Shown: positions 9,442 to 20,271, counted from the first letter of the stretch. The stretch: 64,000 bases of DNA from an uncultured delta proteobacterium (GCA_963848135.1 CAWKCK010000003.1:310001-374000); one strand, 5' to 3'. The notes: generated from the letters alone by a model not told the origin. Numbers and translations are program-made.

Positions 9442-9816
9442 ATGTTCGAATTAAAAATTGTTACCCACTTCGCTGCCGCACATCAACTGAAAATGGTCGC
9501 AGACAAATGCGAGAATCTCCATGGTCATAACTGGAAGATCGAGGTCTGTTTAAAAGGAGAAAAACTGAATTCGGCCGGTATATTGATGGACTTCGGTGAG
9601 ATAAAGAAAGAAGTGGCTGGTATTATGTCAAACCTTGATCACAAGTTTCTGAATGAAATCGAACCATTCAAAAACGATTTTGCCCCATCTTCTGAAAACA
9701 TCGCCTATTTTATTGCCACCCAGCTGCAGGTGGCGGTTGAAAAACGGAATGCTATTGTCAGTCGGGTCACGGCTTGGGAGTCCGAGAACGCCTGCGCCAG
9801 TTACATCACCGCTTAA
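9442..9816 (+). CDS. queD: 6-carboxy-5,6,7,8-tetrahydropterin synthase
   Basis: FAAAH, CENLHGHNW, LDHKFLN, PSSEN, WES motifs; GAGGAG RBS. Confidence 0.93.
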   Translation: MFELKIVTHFAAAHQLKMVADKCENLHGHNWKIEVCLKGEKLNSAGILMDFGEIKKEVAGIMSNLDHKFLNEIEPFKNDFAPSSENIAYFIATQLQVAVEKRNAIVSRVTAWESENACASYITA

Positions 9817-9862
9817 ACTAACCCCATCTTACCGACCGGTCCATCGCTTAAAAACCGCCATT

Positions 9863-10420
9863 TCAATCGTCTGCGTCGTAACGCATGAGGTCGTCACGAG
9901 TGACGATCGTTGAAACATCGGCCACGTGTTTGCGAATATTTTCGATTCCGCCCTCCTGTCGATCCACCAGAATAACCACCTTGACAACTACCAAGCCCTC
10001 CGACCGCGCGCGCTCAATGGCGGTGACTGTCGAACCACCAGTAGTGGCCACATCGTCAATGATTACCACCCGGCTCGCTGGTTTGAGATCCCCTTCAATC
10101 CATCGAACAATCCCGTGGTCTTTGCGATTTTTCCGAATGGAAAAAGCGCTGATCGGCTTGTGCTTCAATTCCGAAACGAATGCCGTCGCCACCGCAATCG
10201 GATCAGCACCAAATGTCAGTCCGCCCACACCGACCACATCGAGATCGCGGATTTTCTCAAATACCAAATGTCCTGCGAGATACATACCCCGTGCGCTCAA
10301 GGTCGTCGGTTTACAATTGACATAGAACTGACTTAATCGCCCAGATACCAGTTTGAAAACCGGCTCTTGGCTGTATTGAAACGATTTTCTTCGGAGCAGC
10401 TCGACAAGTTCCTGTTTCAT
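9863..10420 (-). CDS. pyrE: Orotate phosphoribosyltransferase
   Basis: [12 protein letters not shown], IRKxxKDHG loop, PRPP motif [11 protein letters not shown]. Confidence 0.95.
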   Translation of the reverse strand: MKQELVELLRRKSFQYSQEPVFKLVSGRLSQFYVNCKPTTLSARGMYLAGHLVFEKIRDLDVVGVGGLTFGADPIAVATAFVSELKHKPISAFSIRKNRKDHGIVRWIEGDLKPASRVVIIDDVATTGGSTVTAIERARSEGLVVVKVVILVDRQEGGIENIRKHVADVSTIVTRDDLMRYDADD

Positions 10421-10680
10421 CGTTCGACAATATCCTCGTTTATAACGCTGCCTGCAATCGCTACTCGTGGGATTGCAACCGGTGGGCCAACAGCCAAGTA
10501 AACGTTGATTTTATAAAGCAAATTGGATATAAAAAGCCTCCACCAATTAGGAAGAAGCCGGATTAATGGGATTCAGTGGAGGCTTTGAGCAAGGAAAACT
10601 GGTGACAGCACTCCTTGAACTCGATCCTCCCATTACCAGCAATTTTCACGTTGGTCAATCACAAAGCCGTGGAGAATTCC

Positions 10681-12039
10681 ATGCAAATGCAAGCATACAC
10701 CCAATGGTACCCGCTGGCGGGACGAATCTCCCGCTGGATCCTCCTGTTGCTGATCCTTAGCCTTCTGTTTTCTGTTTCCAAAACCTGCCAGGCCGCCGAA
10801 TCTGACTCCCCTATGTCCCTAAGGTTTGCCGTAGAGCAGGCCATTCTGGCCAATCTCGACCTGCAGAGTTCAAGAAAAGAGATCGATGCGGCTCGTTCCA
10901 ATCGAAACGTACAGAGATCTAGACTGCTACCCACTTTTAATGCAACATATCAGGGTGTTCGAAGTGACGGCGCCACCGGATTCGTCGTGGGCGCCGCTCC
11001 CAGCGTGGGTGATACCTTTACCCTATCAGCCGGTGTTTCCCAGCCCCTGTTTGAGGGTTTCGCCCTGATCAACCAGTACAAAGCGGCCGCTCTGGGCGTC
11101 AATGTCGCGGAGTTGAACCAGAAGCTTGTGCGTCTTGAGGTCATTTTCCTAATAAAACAGGCCTATTTCAATGTCCTGAAAGCCAAAAGGCTGCTGGAGG
11201 TGGCGCGCAACACCGTCAAGGTCCTGGAAGCGCAGGTGGAGGTCGCCCGTAATTTTTACGACGTTGGCATGACCCCTCTGAATGACCTCCTTCAAGTTCA
11301 GGTGCAGTTGGCCAATGCCCGTCAAAGTATGATTACCGCCCAAAACAATCTTGATACGAGGGAATCGGAATTCAATGTTATCCTACGCCGTCCCGTCAAC
11401 GCGGTGGTCAACCTCGTCGATATTGAGTCCTATGCATCCCTTGAAAAGAACCTGGAATATTTTCTGGGTCAGGCGGAAAAGAACCGGCTGGACATCAAGG
11501 CCGCCGACCTGAAGATACAAATCGCTGAGAAAGAAGTTGAAATCGCCCGCAAAGATTACTACCCGTCATTGTTTATCGAAGGGAATATATTTAAAGCCGG
11601 AGCGGATTGGACCTTAAGCGACGATGAAGAGTTCTTCAACCCCGAGGGCTGGTCCGTCACGGGCACAGCGACCTGGAATTTCTGGGAATGGGGACGCACC
11701 AAATACAGTGAAAGCGAAAAACGCAGCCGCCTCTCCCAAGCCAAAATCGGTCGGCACAAGACAATCGACCAAGCCCGATTGGAAGTGGAAATTTCTTTCT
11801 TAAAAGCTAAAGAAGCTGAAAAAAACATCCTCGTCGTAGAAACGGCCATCGAGCAGGCCAAGGAAAACATGCGCATCACTGAAGAACGTTACAAGGAGCA
11901 GGTGGCAACGTCGGTAGACATTCTGGTCGCTGAACAGTTACTGACCAATACTCAGGTTAACTTCTACAATGCTCTCTATGATTTCAAAATTGCCAAAGCC
12001 TTTTTGCAAAAAGCGGTCAACATGGAAATTCTGGAATGA
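10681..12039 (+). CDS. TolC family outer membrane efflux protein
   Basis: Hydrophobic N-terminal signal segment; two OEP repeats (LLPTFN...QPLFEG; YYPSLF...WNFWEWG); start uncertain; stop overlaps ftsE start (ATGA). Confidence 0.88.
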   Translation: MQMQAYTQWYPLAGRISRWILLLLILSLLFSVSKTCQAAESDSPMSLRFAVEQAILANLDLQSSRKEIDAARSNRNVQRSRLLPTFNATYQGVRSDGATGFVVGAAPSVGDTFTLSAGVSQPLFEGFALINQYKAAALGVNVAELNQKLVRLEVIFLIKQAYFNVLKAKRLLEVARNTVKVLEAQVEVARNFYDVGMTPLNDLLQVQVQLANARQSMITAQNNLDTRESEFNVILRRPVNAVVNLVDIESYASLEKNLEYFLGQAEKNRLDIKAADLKIQIAEKEVEIARKDYYPSLFIEGNIFKAGADWTLSDDEEFFNPEGWSVTGTATWNFWEWGRTKYSESEKRSRLSQAKIGRHKTIDQARLEVEISFLKAKEAEKNILVVETAIEQAKENMRITEERYKEQVATSVDILVAEQLLTNTQVNFYNALYDFKIAKAFLQKAVNMEILE

Positions 12040-12725
12040 GTGAGTGTGCTGCGAATAACGCCATTATCCGCCTTTTCCATGTTTATCGCAATTACGGCGC
12101 TAAAACCGCCGTAATTGACATCACCCTCGATATCTATAAAAACGAATTTCTCTTTATCAGCGGACCGAGCGGTGCAGGTAAAACCACGCTCCTCAAACTT
12201 TTATACTTGGCAGAACCGGTTTCCGACGGACAGATTCTTGTCGGCGGAATGAACCTTTCACGGATCCCTCGAAAAAAAATTCCAATTCTAAGGCGAAATT
12301 TCGGAATAGTATTCCAGGATTACAAGCTGATTGAGACCAAAACGGTATATGAGAATGTGGCACTGGTTCTGGAGGCGGCCGGCCATAAGAACCGTTTCAT
12401 TAATAAAAAAGTTAAAAGCGTGCTGAGAACTGTCGGTATGGAACCGAGGATCAACGCCCTTCCGCCGACCCTCTCGGGCGGTGAACAGCAGCGTGTGGCC
12501 ATTGCACGAGCAGTTGTTGGCGATCCGGAAATAATTCTGGCGGATGAGCCGACCGGAAGCCTGGACGACGAAGCCGCCGGTTTTATCTTCGATCTGTTGA
12601 AAGGATTTCACACCCGGGGTGCCACAGTGGTCATCGCGACCCATGCGAAAGAATTGATCCGCAAATCCGGCGGTCGCGTGGTCTACCTCAACGCGGGCCG
12701 GCTGCTAGAGACACTGGAATTCTGA
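12036..12725 (+). CDS. ftsE: Cell division ATP-binding protein FtsE
   Basis: [38 protein letters not shown]; upstream of ftsX. Confidence 0.93.
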   Translation: MSECAANNAIIRLFHVYRNYGAKTAVIDITLDIYKNEFLFISGPSGAGKTTLLKLLYLAEPVSDGQILVGGMNLSRIPRKKIPILRRNFGIVFQDYKLIETKTVYENVALVLEAAGHKNRFINKKVKSVLRTVGMEPRINALPPTLSGGEQQRVAIARAVVGDPEIILADEPTGSLDDEAAGFIFDLLKGFHTRGATVVIATHAKELIRKSGGRVVYLNAGRLLETLEF

Positions 12726-12848
12726 AACGACCGGAGGATCGTGTAAACGATGCCCGTGCCAACAGTTTATATACTTGGATAAATCCACCAGACCCGGCGC
12801 GGCAGAGATCGCCAGTTCCGGTATTGCCGCGGTAAATAATGGATTAAG

Positions 12849-13724
12849 ATGCTTCTCTACCTGAAACGGGCCATTAATGATATTCGGCAGAACAGTTTCT
12901 TGAACCTGGTGACGATTATCACCATCGCCCTTTCGATTCTGATCGTCAGTGCCTTTGCCCTTTTCTTCATTAACACCAATGACCTCGTTAAAGCCTGGAA
13001 AGAGGGTGTCCGGATTATGGCCTACCTCGAGGGCAATACGACGGCTGCTGAAGTACCCAACATACAACGGATGGTGGGCGGACTCTACGGTGTCAGTGAC
13101 GTCCGTTTCATATCCAAGAACGAAGCGTTTAGACAACTTAAAGAAAAACTGGCCAATCAAACCTCCCTGCTGGATAACCTCAAACAGAACCCCCTGCCGG
13201 ATGCCTTCGAGATCCGCCTGAAACCAGAATCCCAAAACTGGCAAAAAGTCGAAAAACTGGCCCTGCAGCTCCAAAACCTGCCCGAGATAGAAGATGTCGA
13301 ATATGGGCAGGCATGGCTGGGACGGTTTACTTACATATTCAATCTCTTTCGACTGGCAGGTTACGCTTTAGGCGTGTTGTTCTTCATGGCCGCCGTCTTT
13401 TTTGTTGCCAACACGATCCGCCTGGTGCTTTATTCCCGTCGCGAGGAGGTTGAGATCATGCGTCTAGTGGGTGCCGAGGACCGTTTCATTAAAACGCCTT
13501 TCTATATCGAAGGTATCATTCAGGGCGCCTTGGGCGGTATCGCCGGATTGGCCGCCTGTCTGATTATTTTTGTGATGGTTTCATCGAACGTCAAACCGGC
13601 ACTATCCGCAGGCATGTTTCAAATACGGTTCTTGCCTCCCAAGATGGTTCTTGCGATGGTGTTGACCAGCATGCTGGTCGGTTGGCTGGGATGCTTCGTG
13701 TCACTGAAGCAGTTTTTCAGATAA
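12849..13724 (+). CDS. ftsX: Cell division permease FtsX
   Basis: 4-TM topology, NPLPDAF, NTIRL, RREEVEIMRLVGA, PFYIEG motifs. Confidence 0.95.
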   Translation: MLLYLKRAINDIRQNSFLNLVTIITIALSILIVSAFALFFINTNDLVKAWKEGVRIMAYLEGNTTAAEVPNIQRMVGGLYGVSDVRFISKNEAFRQLKEKLANQTSLLDNLKQNPLPDAFEIRLKPESQNWQKVEKLALQLQNLPEIEDVEYGQAWLGRFTYIFNLFRLAGYALGVLFFMAAVFFVANTIRLVLYSRREEVEIMRLVGAEDRFIKTPFYIEGIIQGALGGIAGLAACLIIFVMVSSNVKPALSAGMFQIRFLPPKMVLAMVLTSMLVGWLGCFVSLKQFFR

Positions 13725-13733
13725 GAGCAGAGG

Positions 13734-15170
13734 ATGAAGAAGATACAGAGCACATCCAAACGCCGTCGCCATTTACTTTCATTGATTTTCTTTACGCTGG
13801 TAATCCTTCCTTCAGGGGCAACGGAAATTTCAGCCGAACAGGTCGGCATCGTCACTGTCGACAAACTGAATGTCCGCCCCGAACCTGGAACCCGGAAAGC
13901 ACCGATTACGACACTGAGACGCGGTACCGAGGTCACTATCGAAGACAATCGAAACGGTTGGCTGAAAGTCCGTCTCGGTTCCCGGGTGGGTTATATTCTG
14001 AACCGGAGCTCATATGTACATATATTGACGGTGCCCCAGGGTGAAAAAGAAAACACGACGGGATCGGTAACCAACCAGAAAATACAAAAATATCGTCAGG
14101 AAGCAGAAAATCTCAACCGTAAAATCGACGAAGCCGCAGCGAGAGTCCGCAAATTTACCAATAGGGAAACCGATATTCTACGCAGCCTCGACGATTTGGA
14201 TTATGCCATCGCTCGCGCCGGTCAGACCATAAAATTGCATCGAAACGAACTGACGCTGCTCAAAGAAAAATTAAAAACAAATCAAACAGTTTACAAAGAA
14301 CTGATCGATAGAATCGACGCCAATCAGGCCTATGCCACCAAGCGACTGGTAACACTGTATAAACTCAGCAACATGGGAACAATGCCCATCCTTGCATCTT
14401 CCAATTCAATCTACGAAATGCTGCAAAGTAAAAACGCTTTGGAAAGGATTCTAACCCATGATGAACAGGTCCGCCAGCGCTTAGTTGATGACAAGCAGAA
14501 ACTCAAGGAGGTATTGGATCGGCTCGACACCCAGCAAGCCGAAAAAAGGAATTTAGAAGATTCTTTAAATGCTGAAATCCAGAAGATGTCTCGGGATCGA
14601 TCCGATCGCTCCCGCCTTCTGGCCCAAATTCAGTCCGAAAAATCCCTGCAAATGGCAGCCCTGGAGTCAATGAAAATCACAGCAAAAAAGTTGGATAGAA
14701 CCATCGAATCTTTCGCTGCTCGTCCAAAGCCAGAGGCCACAGGCAACATCGGCTCTCTCGGTCCCTTTTCTGAGCATAAAGGCTTGCTTAATATGCCCAT
14801 TAAGGGTAAAATTATTTCTTTTTTCGGTCCCCAAAAAAACACCAAGTTCAACGTTACCGTATTCCGCAGCGGTATAGACATAAAGGCCCAGAAGGGTGCG
14901 TTCATCCGCGCCATCTATGGTGGAAGGGTTCTCTTTGCCGATTGGTTCAAAGGCTACGGCAATATGATCATCATTGATCACGGAGAAAGCTACTACACCG
15001 TTTATGCCCATTTAGAGGAGCTTTATACACAGAAAGGAAACGTCGTCGTCACCGGTGAGGATATTGCAACGATCGGCGAAATGGCGACGGCGGAAGGGCC
15101 GGTTCTTCATTTCGAAGTCCGCCATCACGGCAAACCCCTCGATCCTTTAGAGTGGATCTCACAGGGATAG
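13734..15170 (+). CDS. envC: EnvC-like murein hydrolase activator with N-terminal SH3b domain
   Basis: Signal segment, SH3b (LNVRPEPG...GWLKV...VGYI), long coiled coil, degenerate LytM domain (RSGID in place of HxxxD, VLH in place of HxH); follows ftsEX. Confidence 0.85.
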   Translation: MKKIQSTSKRRRHLLSLIFFTLVILPSGATEISAEQVGIVTVDKLNVRPEPGTRKAPITTLRRGTEVTIEDNRNGWLKVRLGSRVGYILNRSSYVHILTVPQGEKENTTGSVTNQKIQKYRQEAENLNRKIDEAAARVRKFTNRETDILRSLDDLDYAIARAGQTIKLHRNELTLLKEKLKTNQTVYKELIDRIDANQAYATKRLVTLYKLSNMGTMPILASSNSIYEMLQSKNALERILTHDEQVRQRLVDDKQKLKEVLDRLDTQQAEKRNLEDSLNAEIQKMSRDRSDRSRLLAQIQSEKSLQMAALESMKITAKKLDRTIESFAARPKPEATGNIGSLGPFSEHKGLLNMPIKGKIISFFGPQKNTKFNVTVFRSGIDIKAQKGAFIRAIYGGRVLFADWFKGYGNMIIIDHGESYYTVYAHLEELYTQKGNVVVTGEDIATIGEMATAEGPVLHFEVRHHGKPLDPLEWISQG

Positions 15171-15196
15171 ATCGTTTAGGGAGAAGGAGTTTTTGA

Positions 15197-16558
15197 ATGA
15201 CATCCAAAAAAAACCGGCAAATCAAACTCTGGATGGCTGTAATCGCCTCCGTGATTTTCTGGACAATCGGAACCGGCAATGACCGCCAGCTGTCAGCCGA
15301 CAACGAAGAAACCTACAAAGGGCTAAAGCTGTTTACCGAGGTCATCGAATTGATACAGAAGAATTACGTCGATGAAGTCGATTCCAAGGAGCTTATCGAC
15401 AAAGCAATACAGGGAATGGTCCGCGGCCTTGATCCGCATTCCTCATTGCTACCGCCGGAAGCATTCGAAGACCTCAGTATCGATACCAAAGGCGAATTTA
15501 CCGGTATCGGCATCCACATAACCATGCGCGACGATTTTGTAACGGTCATATCGCCCATCGAGGGGACACCGGCCTACAAAGCTGGAATCGAGGCCATGGA
15601 CCGAATTATTAAAGTGGACGAGAAGCAAGTCGGTGATTTGCGTGAAGCCGTCAGCCTGATGCGGGGCCCAAAAGGAACATCCGTGAAGGTAACGGTGCTG
15701 CGAGAGGGTACGCCTGAACCGATCGAATTTGAATTGGTGCGGGACGTGATTCCGATCGAAAGTGTCCGTGCCAGTCTGTTGAAACCCGGTTACGGCTACA
15801 TTCGGATCACCAACTTCAATAGCAATACCTTCGAAGATCTGCAAGATGCGCTAAAGACTTTTGAATCAGCTCCCGATCCCTTGAAAGGCCTTGTTCTCGA
15901 TTTACGAGATAATGGGGGCGGCTTGTTGGATCAGGCCATAAAAGTCTCGGACCTTTTTCTGGAAGACGGTGTGATTTTGACCATTAAAGGCCGTTCACCG
16001 CGGAATAACAAAGAATTCAAGGCACATTCCAACGATAAGAAGAGATCATATCCCATCGTCGCCTTGATCAACGGCGGCAGCGCCAGCGCTTCGGAAATCG
16101 TTGTGGGCGCTTTGCAAGATCACCAAAGGGCGCTGGTGCTCGGCACAACATCCTTCGGTAAAGGGTCGGTTCAGACGGTGGAAACACTAAGGGAAGGCTA
16201 TGGTCTTAAACTCACAATTGCCCTCTATTACACACCGAGCGGCCGTTCTATCCAAGCCAAGGGCATTGAACCGGATATCGTGATAAGAAAGCGGGTCGTG
16301 GATCCAGAAGATCTCAAAGGCCCGGAAGATAACCGACTGAAAGAAAGCGATCTCAAAAATCACCTGGAAGGCGATGCCGAAGACGAGAACATCGAACCAC
16401 CGAAGACGGATTCGAAGAAGACAAAATCCCGTCAGCAGAGGGAACTCGAGTTGCGGCTCGGACCGTTGACCCCTGAAAAACTGCGATCGGACTACCAGGT
16501 ACAGCGGGCGCTGGAAATATTGATCAGCCATGATGTTTTCAAAAATCTGCAAGGATAA
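15197..16558 (+). CDS. ctpA: S41 carboxy-terminal processing protease (CtpA/Prc family)
   Basis: LDPHS, PDZ (GIGI), LDLRDNGGG, SASASEI catalytic Ser, TSFGKGSVQ catalytic Lys. Confidence 0.93.
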   Translation: MTSKKNRQIKLWMAVIASVIFWTIGTGNDRQLSADNEETYKGLKLFTEVIELIQKNYVDEVDSKELIDKAIQGMVRGLDPHSSLLPPEAFEDLSIDTKGEFTGIGIHITMRDDFVTVISPIEGTPAYKAGIEAMDRIIKVDEKQVGDLREAVSLMRGPKGTSVKVTVLREGTPEPIEFELVRDVIPIESVRASLLKPGYGYIRITNFNSNTFEDLQDALKTFESAPDPLKGLVLDLRDNGGGLLDQAIKVSDLFLEDGVILTIKGRSPRNNKEFKAHSNDKKRSYPIVALINGGSASASEIVVGALQDHQRALVLGTTSFGKGSVQTVETLREGYGLKLTIALYYTPSGRSIQAKGIEPDIVIRKRVVDPEDLKGPEDNRLKESDLKNHLEGDAEDENIEPPKTDSKKTKSRQQRELELRLGPLTPEKLRSDYQVQRALEILISHDVFKNLQG

Positions 16559-16605
16559 TCGCAATCCAACACATCACCATAAGCGCTGCAGATTAGAAGC
16601 GAGCA

Positions 16606-17673
16606 TTGGCTAAAAAAAAGATACAAAGAAGAAAAAAAAAGCCGCGCCGAAAGAAATCACGCAAACAGGATCCTTTCGGTCTCAGCCTGTTAAAGGTGTT
16701 GGTCGGGTTTTCTGCCTTGGTGCTCCTCGTGACCGCCGCCGGTTTGCTCGCTAGCCATTACCTTAAACGCAAAGCACCGGTCAGCCTGTTGTCCCCCCCG
16801 AGGGTCACGGAAAAACCGAATGCCGCAATCCGTGTCGACAAGGGATCTTCAAAAAAGGAAAAACCGGATACCGCAACCCGTACCTCCAACGTACTTCCAA
16901 AAAAGGAAAAACCGGATGCCGCGGCCCGTCCCTTCGAAGTCTTTCCAAAAGAAGATCTCCCCCCCCTCATTCCACTGCCCAAGCCATCACCCAAGGCTGG
17001 CGGGCTGCCGAAAGTCGCCATTATCATCGACGACTTGGGTTATGATCGCCGTTTGGCAAAAAAATTCTTAGCCCTGGACAACCGGTTGACATTCGCAGTA
17101 TTGCCTCAAGCACCCCATACCCGGTCAATAGCCAAGTCTATCCAGAAAAACGGGGGCGAATTGATGCTGCACCTACCGATGGAGCCGGCAGAATACCCGT
17201 CTGTCGACCCGGGGCCTGGCGCACTGTTGTCGTCCATGTCGGCGGATGAACTCCTGATCCAATTAAAAAAAGATCTTTCCGACGTTCCCGGCATAAAGGG
17301 CGTCAACAATCACATGGGATCAAAGCTGACGACCGAATCGACACGGCTGTATCAGGTATTCTCAATCCTCAAGCAAGAGGGTCTCTTTTTTATCGACAGC
17401 CGCTCGACAGCAGAAACCGTCGGCCGACCCTCCGCCCGATTGTTCCAGCTGCCATTTGCCGAACGGGACATCTTCATCGATCATGACCAGCAACCGGATG
17501 CAATTCGCAAACAACTTAAAAAACTGATCCGGATCGCCCAAAAAAACGGCGAGGCGGTCGGCATTGCCCACCCGTCAAAAACGACCTATCAGATTATCAA
17601 AGAAATGCTTCCCGAACTGAAAAAAAAAGTGCAATTGGTACCAGCCTCCCAGGTTGTTCATATCCTATCCTAA
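16606..17673 (+). CDS. Divergent polysaccharide deacetylase (YibQ family)
   Basis: AIIIDDLG, LHLPMEP, NNHMGS, FIDSRS, ERDIFID, AVGIAHP; N-terminal basic tail plus TM. Confidence 0.93.
   Translation: MAKKKIQRRKKKPRRKKSRKQDPFGLSLLKVLVGFSALVLLVTAAGLLASHYLKRKAPVSLLSPPRVTEKPNAAIRVDKGSSKKEKPDTATRTSNVLPKKEKPDAAARPFEVFPKEDLPPLIPLPKPSPKAGGLPKVAIIIDDLGYDRRLAKKFLALDNRLTFAVLPQAPHTRSIAKSIQKNGGELMLHLPMEPAEYPSVDPGPGALLSSMSADELLIQLKKDLSDVPGIKGVNNHMGSKLTTESTRLYQVFSILKQEGLFFIDSRSTAETVGRPSARLFQLPFAERDIFIDHDQQPDAIRKQLKKLIRIAQKNGEAVGIAHPSKTTYQIIKEMLPELKKKVQLVPASQVVHILS
16810..16953 (+). repeat. Three imperfect 48-nt (16-aa) in-frame tandem repeats
   Basis: GAAAAACCG starts at 16810, 16858, 16906; encodes EKPNAAIR.../EKPDTATR.../EKPDAAAR... 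Confidence 0.85.
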
Positions 17674-17807
17674 GCGAAACCGTAAGACTTCTCGACATCT
17701 CAGACGACCGTTTTTAACTTGGATTACAATCAAAGGTGCTTAGAATGATAACAGGTACAGGCTGACGATAACCGACGCATCTTTGTATTACTGTCAAGGT
17801 TAACACT

Positions 17808-19976
17808 ATGTTCAAAGTTGCCATTGGCCAGGGTGAAGACATCAATACCCGTAACGCCGTTAATCGAGCGGTATCACGGTGTCAATTTCAGCTGCAGGGC
17901 GTTAGACCCAAGGCCGGCATTCTGTTTAGCAGCATCGATTTCGATCACAATTTCGTTCTTGCCGAAATCAGGCGTGCTTTTCCGGGAATCGAATTGATTG
18001 GCTGCACCACGGGAGGCGAATTTTCATCTGACTTTGGTTTCAGCGACGACTCCATCAATTTGATACTTTTTGCAGCGGACACCATCGATATCAGGGCCGG
18101 AATCGGAACGCAGATTTCCGTCGATCCGATCGGAGCCGCTGAATCCGCCATACAGCAAGCCAGAAAAAACCTTTCAGGGCCCGAAAAGCTGTGCATCGTT
18201 TTTCCTGACGGAATTACCGGTTCGCCGAACGCTATTGTAGGAAGCCTGAGTCAATTTCTTTCGCCACTATGCCCCGTTTTTGGCGGTGTGCCGAGCCGGC
18301 ATTATGAAATTCCCGCCCCCACACTCCAATTTTTCAAAGATGAGGTATTCGAAGACGCCGCGCCATTGCTGCTATTCTCCGGAAAGATCAAATACTCCTT
18401 CGGTATCAGCAACAGTTGGAAACCGATAGGCGTCAAAAGCCGAGTGACCGATTCAGGGGGATATGAAGTCCGGCGGATCGGCGACATGCGGGCGCTCGAT
18501 TATTATCGCTACTACCTCGGTAAACACCGCTACCCGGCTTTGGAGTTTCCGCTGGCGGTTTATGAAAATGATCTGGAAAATTTTGTTATTCGGTCGCCAA
18601 GTGATTACGATGAACGTCGGGGAAGTATTTTTTTTTCAGGGCCGATAGCGACGGATGCGATCGTTCAGCTCACCGAAGTCACTCGCAATCGCGTTATTGC
18701 GGACACGGAAACCACAATTAAATCTGTTGCCAGAGTATACGACAGAAAATGGCGCCCCGCTCTGGCACTGGCCTTTTCGTGTGCCACCCGAAAGCAGATC
18801 CTTGGCACACGCGCCAAGGAGGAACTGCGGATCCTTGAAAACTTTCTGCCGGCACACACACCGATTTGCGGATTCTATACCTTCGGTGAGCTATCGCCTT
18901 TGCGGCCAAACGATCACAGCCAACTGCACAACTGTACCCTGGTAACACTTCTTATCGGCCAAGAGGCAGCGGACACCTCCGAGCATATCAATATCATCGA
19001 ATCATCATCGCGACCACTCGATCCCGGCAACCATGAAACCACAATGGCGCAACTGGAAAGCGAAAATCGATTCTTGTTGAAAAAGCTGAACAGGGCCGAA
19101 TACTACCGTGAAAGGCTGGAACAGAACAAAGATTTAAATGATGTACTGCTTCGGAAGATAAACCGGGATGTGAAAAGAGCCCACCTTGAAATCAAAAGAA
19201 AGAATAGCCTCCTGAGAAAATCATTAGCGTTGGCGAATGAAATTCAAGTGAACCTGTTACCCCAACGGGTGCCGGATAACAAACTGCTGGATATTGCCGC
19301 CAAGAGCATTTATTGCAGCGCCACCGGCGGGGATTACTACGATTTCATCTCTTTCCCCGGCAGGATGACCGGCGACCGCCTTGACTTTGTGGTCGGAGAT
19401 GTCACCGGCCACGGCATCGAGGCGGCCCTCCTTATGACAACCGCCCGCGCACTTCTGCGCAGTCGCGTGCAACAACCCGGCTCTCTGGCACAGGTTATTA
19501 CAGACGTAAACCGGCATCTGACCGCCGACCTCTATGAATCCGGGCGTTTCATGACTCTATTTTATATGACGATCGATTCGGTTTCACGCCGCTTGGCCTG
19601 GGTCCGTGCCGGCCATGACCCGGCGATCCTTTACGACCCGGCAACGCAGCGATTCGATGAGCTCCGCGGCGAAGGAATGGCCCTTGGGGTCGATTCAGAC
19701 TGGCAATACGTCGAAAACCACAAAACCGATCTCGCTCCGGGGCAAATTATCTTCCTCGGAACAGACGGTATCTGGGAAACGCACAATTCTCAGGGTAGGA
19801 TGTTTGGTAAAAAATCTGTTTGCAACCTCATCAGCCAAAATGCGTCCTTTAGTGCCGAAGAAATCGTCACCCACGTGGTCAATGAACTCGACATTTACCG
19901 GGGAAATAAAGAACCTGAAGATGACATCACCTTAGTGGTCATTAAGATCGCACCCGAGCTCCCGCTTCCATACTGA
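17808..19976 (+). CDS. FIST-domain sensor fused to SpoIIE/PP2C phosphatase
   Basis: FIST motifs (LIGCTTGGE, FSCATR, GFYTFGE, HNCT), coiled coil, PP2C motifs GGDYYD, GDVTGHG, RAGH, GTDGI, DDIT. Confidence 0.9.
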   Translation: MFKVAIGQGEDINTRNAVNRAVSRCQFQLQGVRPKAGILFSSIDFDHNFVLAEIRRAFPGIELIGCTTGGEFSSDFGFSDDSINLILFAADTIDIRAGIGTQISVDPIGAAESAIQQARKNLSGPEKLCIVFPDGITGSPNAIVGSLSQFLSPLCPVFGGVPSRHYEIPAPTLQFFKDEVFEDAAPLLLFSGKIKYSFGISNSWKPIGVKSRVTDSGGYEVRRIGDMRALDYYRYYLGKHRYPALEFPLAVYENDLENFVIRSPSDYDERRGSIFFSGPIATDAIVQLTEVTRNRVIADTETTIKSVARVYDRKWRPALALAFSCATRKQILGTRAKEELRILENFLPAHTPICGFYTFGELSPLRPNDHSQLHNCTLVTLLIGQEAADTSEHINIIESSSRPLDPGNHETTMAQLESENRFLLKKLNRAEYYRERLEQNKDLNDVLLRKINRDVKRAHLEIKRKNSLLRKSLALANEIQVNLLPQRVPDNKLLDIAAKSIYCSATGGDYYDFISFPGRMTGDRLDFVVGDVTGHGIEAALLMTTARALLRSRVQQPGSLAQVITDVNRHLTADLYESGRFMTLFYMTIDSVSRRLAWVRAGHDPAILYDPATQRFDELRGEGMALGVDSDWQYVENHKTDLAPGQIIFLGTDGIWETHNSQGRMFGKKSVCNLISQNASFSAEEIVTHVVNELDIYRGNKEPEDDITLVVIKIAPELPLPY

Positions 19977-20271
19977 TATAATTGTCGCCACCCCTTCGCG
20001 TTGAAGCGACTGACCGACCAACTGCTGCAGGCACCGTCACCAGCTTTCTGCCGGTAGTCATTCGGGTTGCAGCTCTCCAACAGTCGTGGTAAACAAGTGT
20101 TAAACTTGGGAAGTAAACCTATTTATAACGCTTTTCAATAATAAATTCCGAAATACGCATGGATGGTATAAGTGGTTGGTGAAAAGAACTGGCGAATAAC
20201 GGAACGTTCTTTTGACAGCCACTATAAACGTGCCGCGCGGCAATGCTGCAGGCAGGGACAGTGCTGATTAC

